Shown one piece after another: positions 63,733 to 64,000 of a DNA stretch of 64,000 nucleotides. This stretch comes from Rikenellaceae bacterium (GTDB taxonomy: Bacteria; Bacteroidota; Bacteroidia; Bacteroidales; Rikenellaceae): NCBI GenBank assembly GCA_015059965.1, contig SUZM01000011.1, positions 13,640 through 77,639 of the forward strand. The letters run 5' to 3'. The notes beneath the pieces are model-generated. The model made no database searches, was not told the DNA's origin, and worked only from the letters and a program-made list of their open reading frames with translations. How positions within the stretch are numbered: position 1 is the first letter of the stretch; every line of letters begins with the position of its first letter. The translations under genes and the position numbers were made by a program.

Positions 63733-63750
63733 CAACCAAAGAAATGAGTT

Positions 63751-64000
63751 ATGAATCAGGCAGATGTAAAGGTGTCGTTCTACCTTAAAAAGAGCGAAGC
63801 AGATGCCAAAGGAAACTGTCCCGTAATGGCAAGGTTGAATGTCGGCAAGTACTCCGAGGCGGCATTCAGTGTGAAAATGTCGGTCCCACATACGATGTGG
63901 CACTCAGGTCGTGCTACGGGTAAGAGTGTCGCAGCACGCGAAATCAATCGTCAGTTAGACGAAATCAGAGCCTCGGCTCTACATATCTATCAAGAACAAT
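63751..64000 (+). CDS. tyrosine-type site-specific integrase, N-terminal Arm-DNA-binding part (truncated by the window end)
   Basis: My own translation: MNQADVKVSFYLKKSEADAKGNCPVMARLNVGKYSEAAFSVKMSVPHTMWHSGRATGKSVAAREINRQLDEIRASALHIYQEQ. This pattern is typical of Bacteroidota CTn/phage integrase N-termini. A TATTTTTG box lies 19 nt upstream. Confidence 0.7.
   Translation, partial: MNQADVKVSFYLKKSEADAKGNCPVMARLNVGKYSEAAFSVKMSVPHTMWHSGRATGKSVAAREINRQLDEIRASALHIYQEQ

Larger units (their letters stand above)
63420..64000. mobile_element. probable edge of an integrated mobile element (AT-richer DNA plus integrase gene)
   Basis: Base composition becomes visibly AT-richer immediately beyond the mutS promoter, and an integrase gene starts at 63751. 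Neither the att site nor the other end is visible. Confidence 0.5.

Overview
High-GC chromosome segment of Bacteroidota type. Evidence for the phylum: many TAnnTTTG -7 promoter boxes just upstream of genes, lipoprotein signal peptides, and TonB-dependent receptor, fimbrillin and FISUMP genes. A Rikenellaceae/Alistipes-like origin is only a guess. I call about 52 protein genes and no rRNA, tRNA or CRISPR. Main blocks: (1) a nine-gene purine operon on the minus strand, purE-purL-purC-purF-purM-purN-purH-purD-folD (18574 down to 6518), behind a roughly 280-nt structured leader. (2) A roughly 25-kb run of co-directional minus-strand genes: crcB, urease ureABCEFGD, a urea transporter, a TonB-dependent receptor/DUF4876/DUF6850/fimbrillin-FISUMP/polyferredoxin cluster, then S46 peptidase-OPT transporter-PepT, nadE and a lipocalin-like gene. 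(3) Housekeeping genes: murA, tdk, asnS, rpoN, glyQS, ruvX, def, rpmI, rplT, mutS and rlmH. (4) At the right edge the sequence becomes AT-richer and a tyrosine-integrase gene begins, which looks like a mobile-element boundary next to mutS. The most unusual signal is not a gene. It is a dense family of composite intergenic repeats (8 loci): a conserved core with AATATT mini-palindromes, flanked by tandem arrays of 7-nt period. These often abut stop codons, and copies sit inside the urease and purine operons. Other leads: a perfect sigma-54 -24/-12 element upstream of crcB-ure, an unclassified terminator-containing leader before purE, a possible metal-uptake cluster joined to the urease locus, and a truncated GH2-like protein lacking catalytic residues. 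I saw no recognisable defence or toxin system. Coordinates of non-ORF features were counted by hand and may be off by 1-2 nt.
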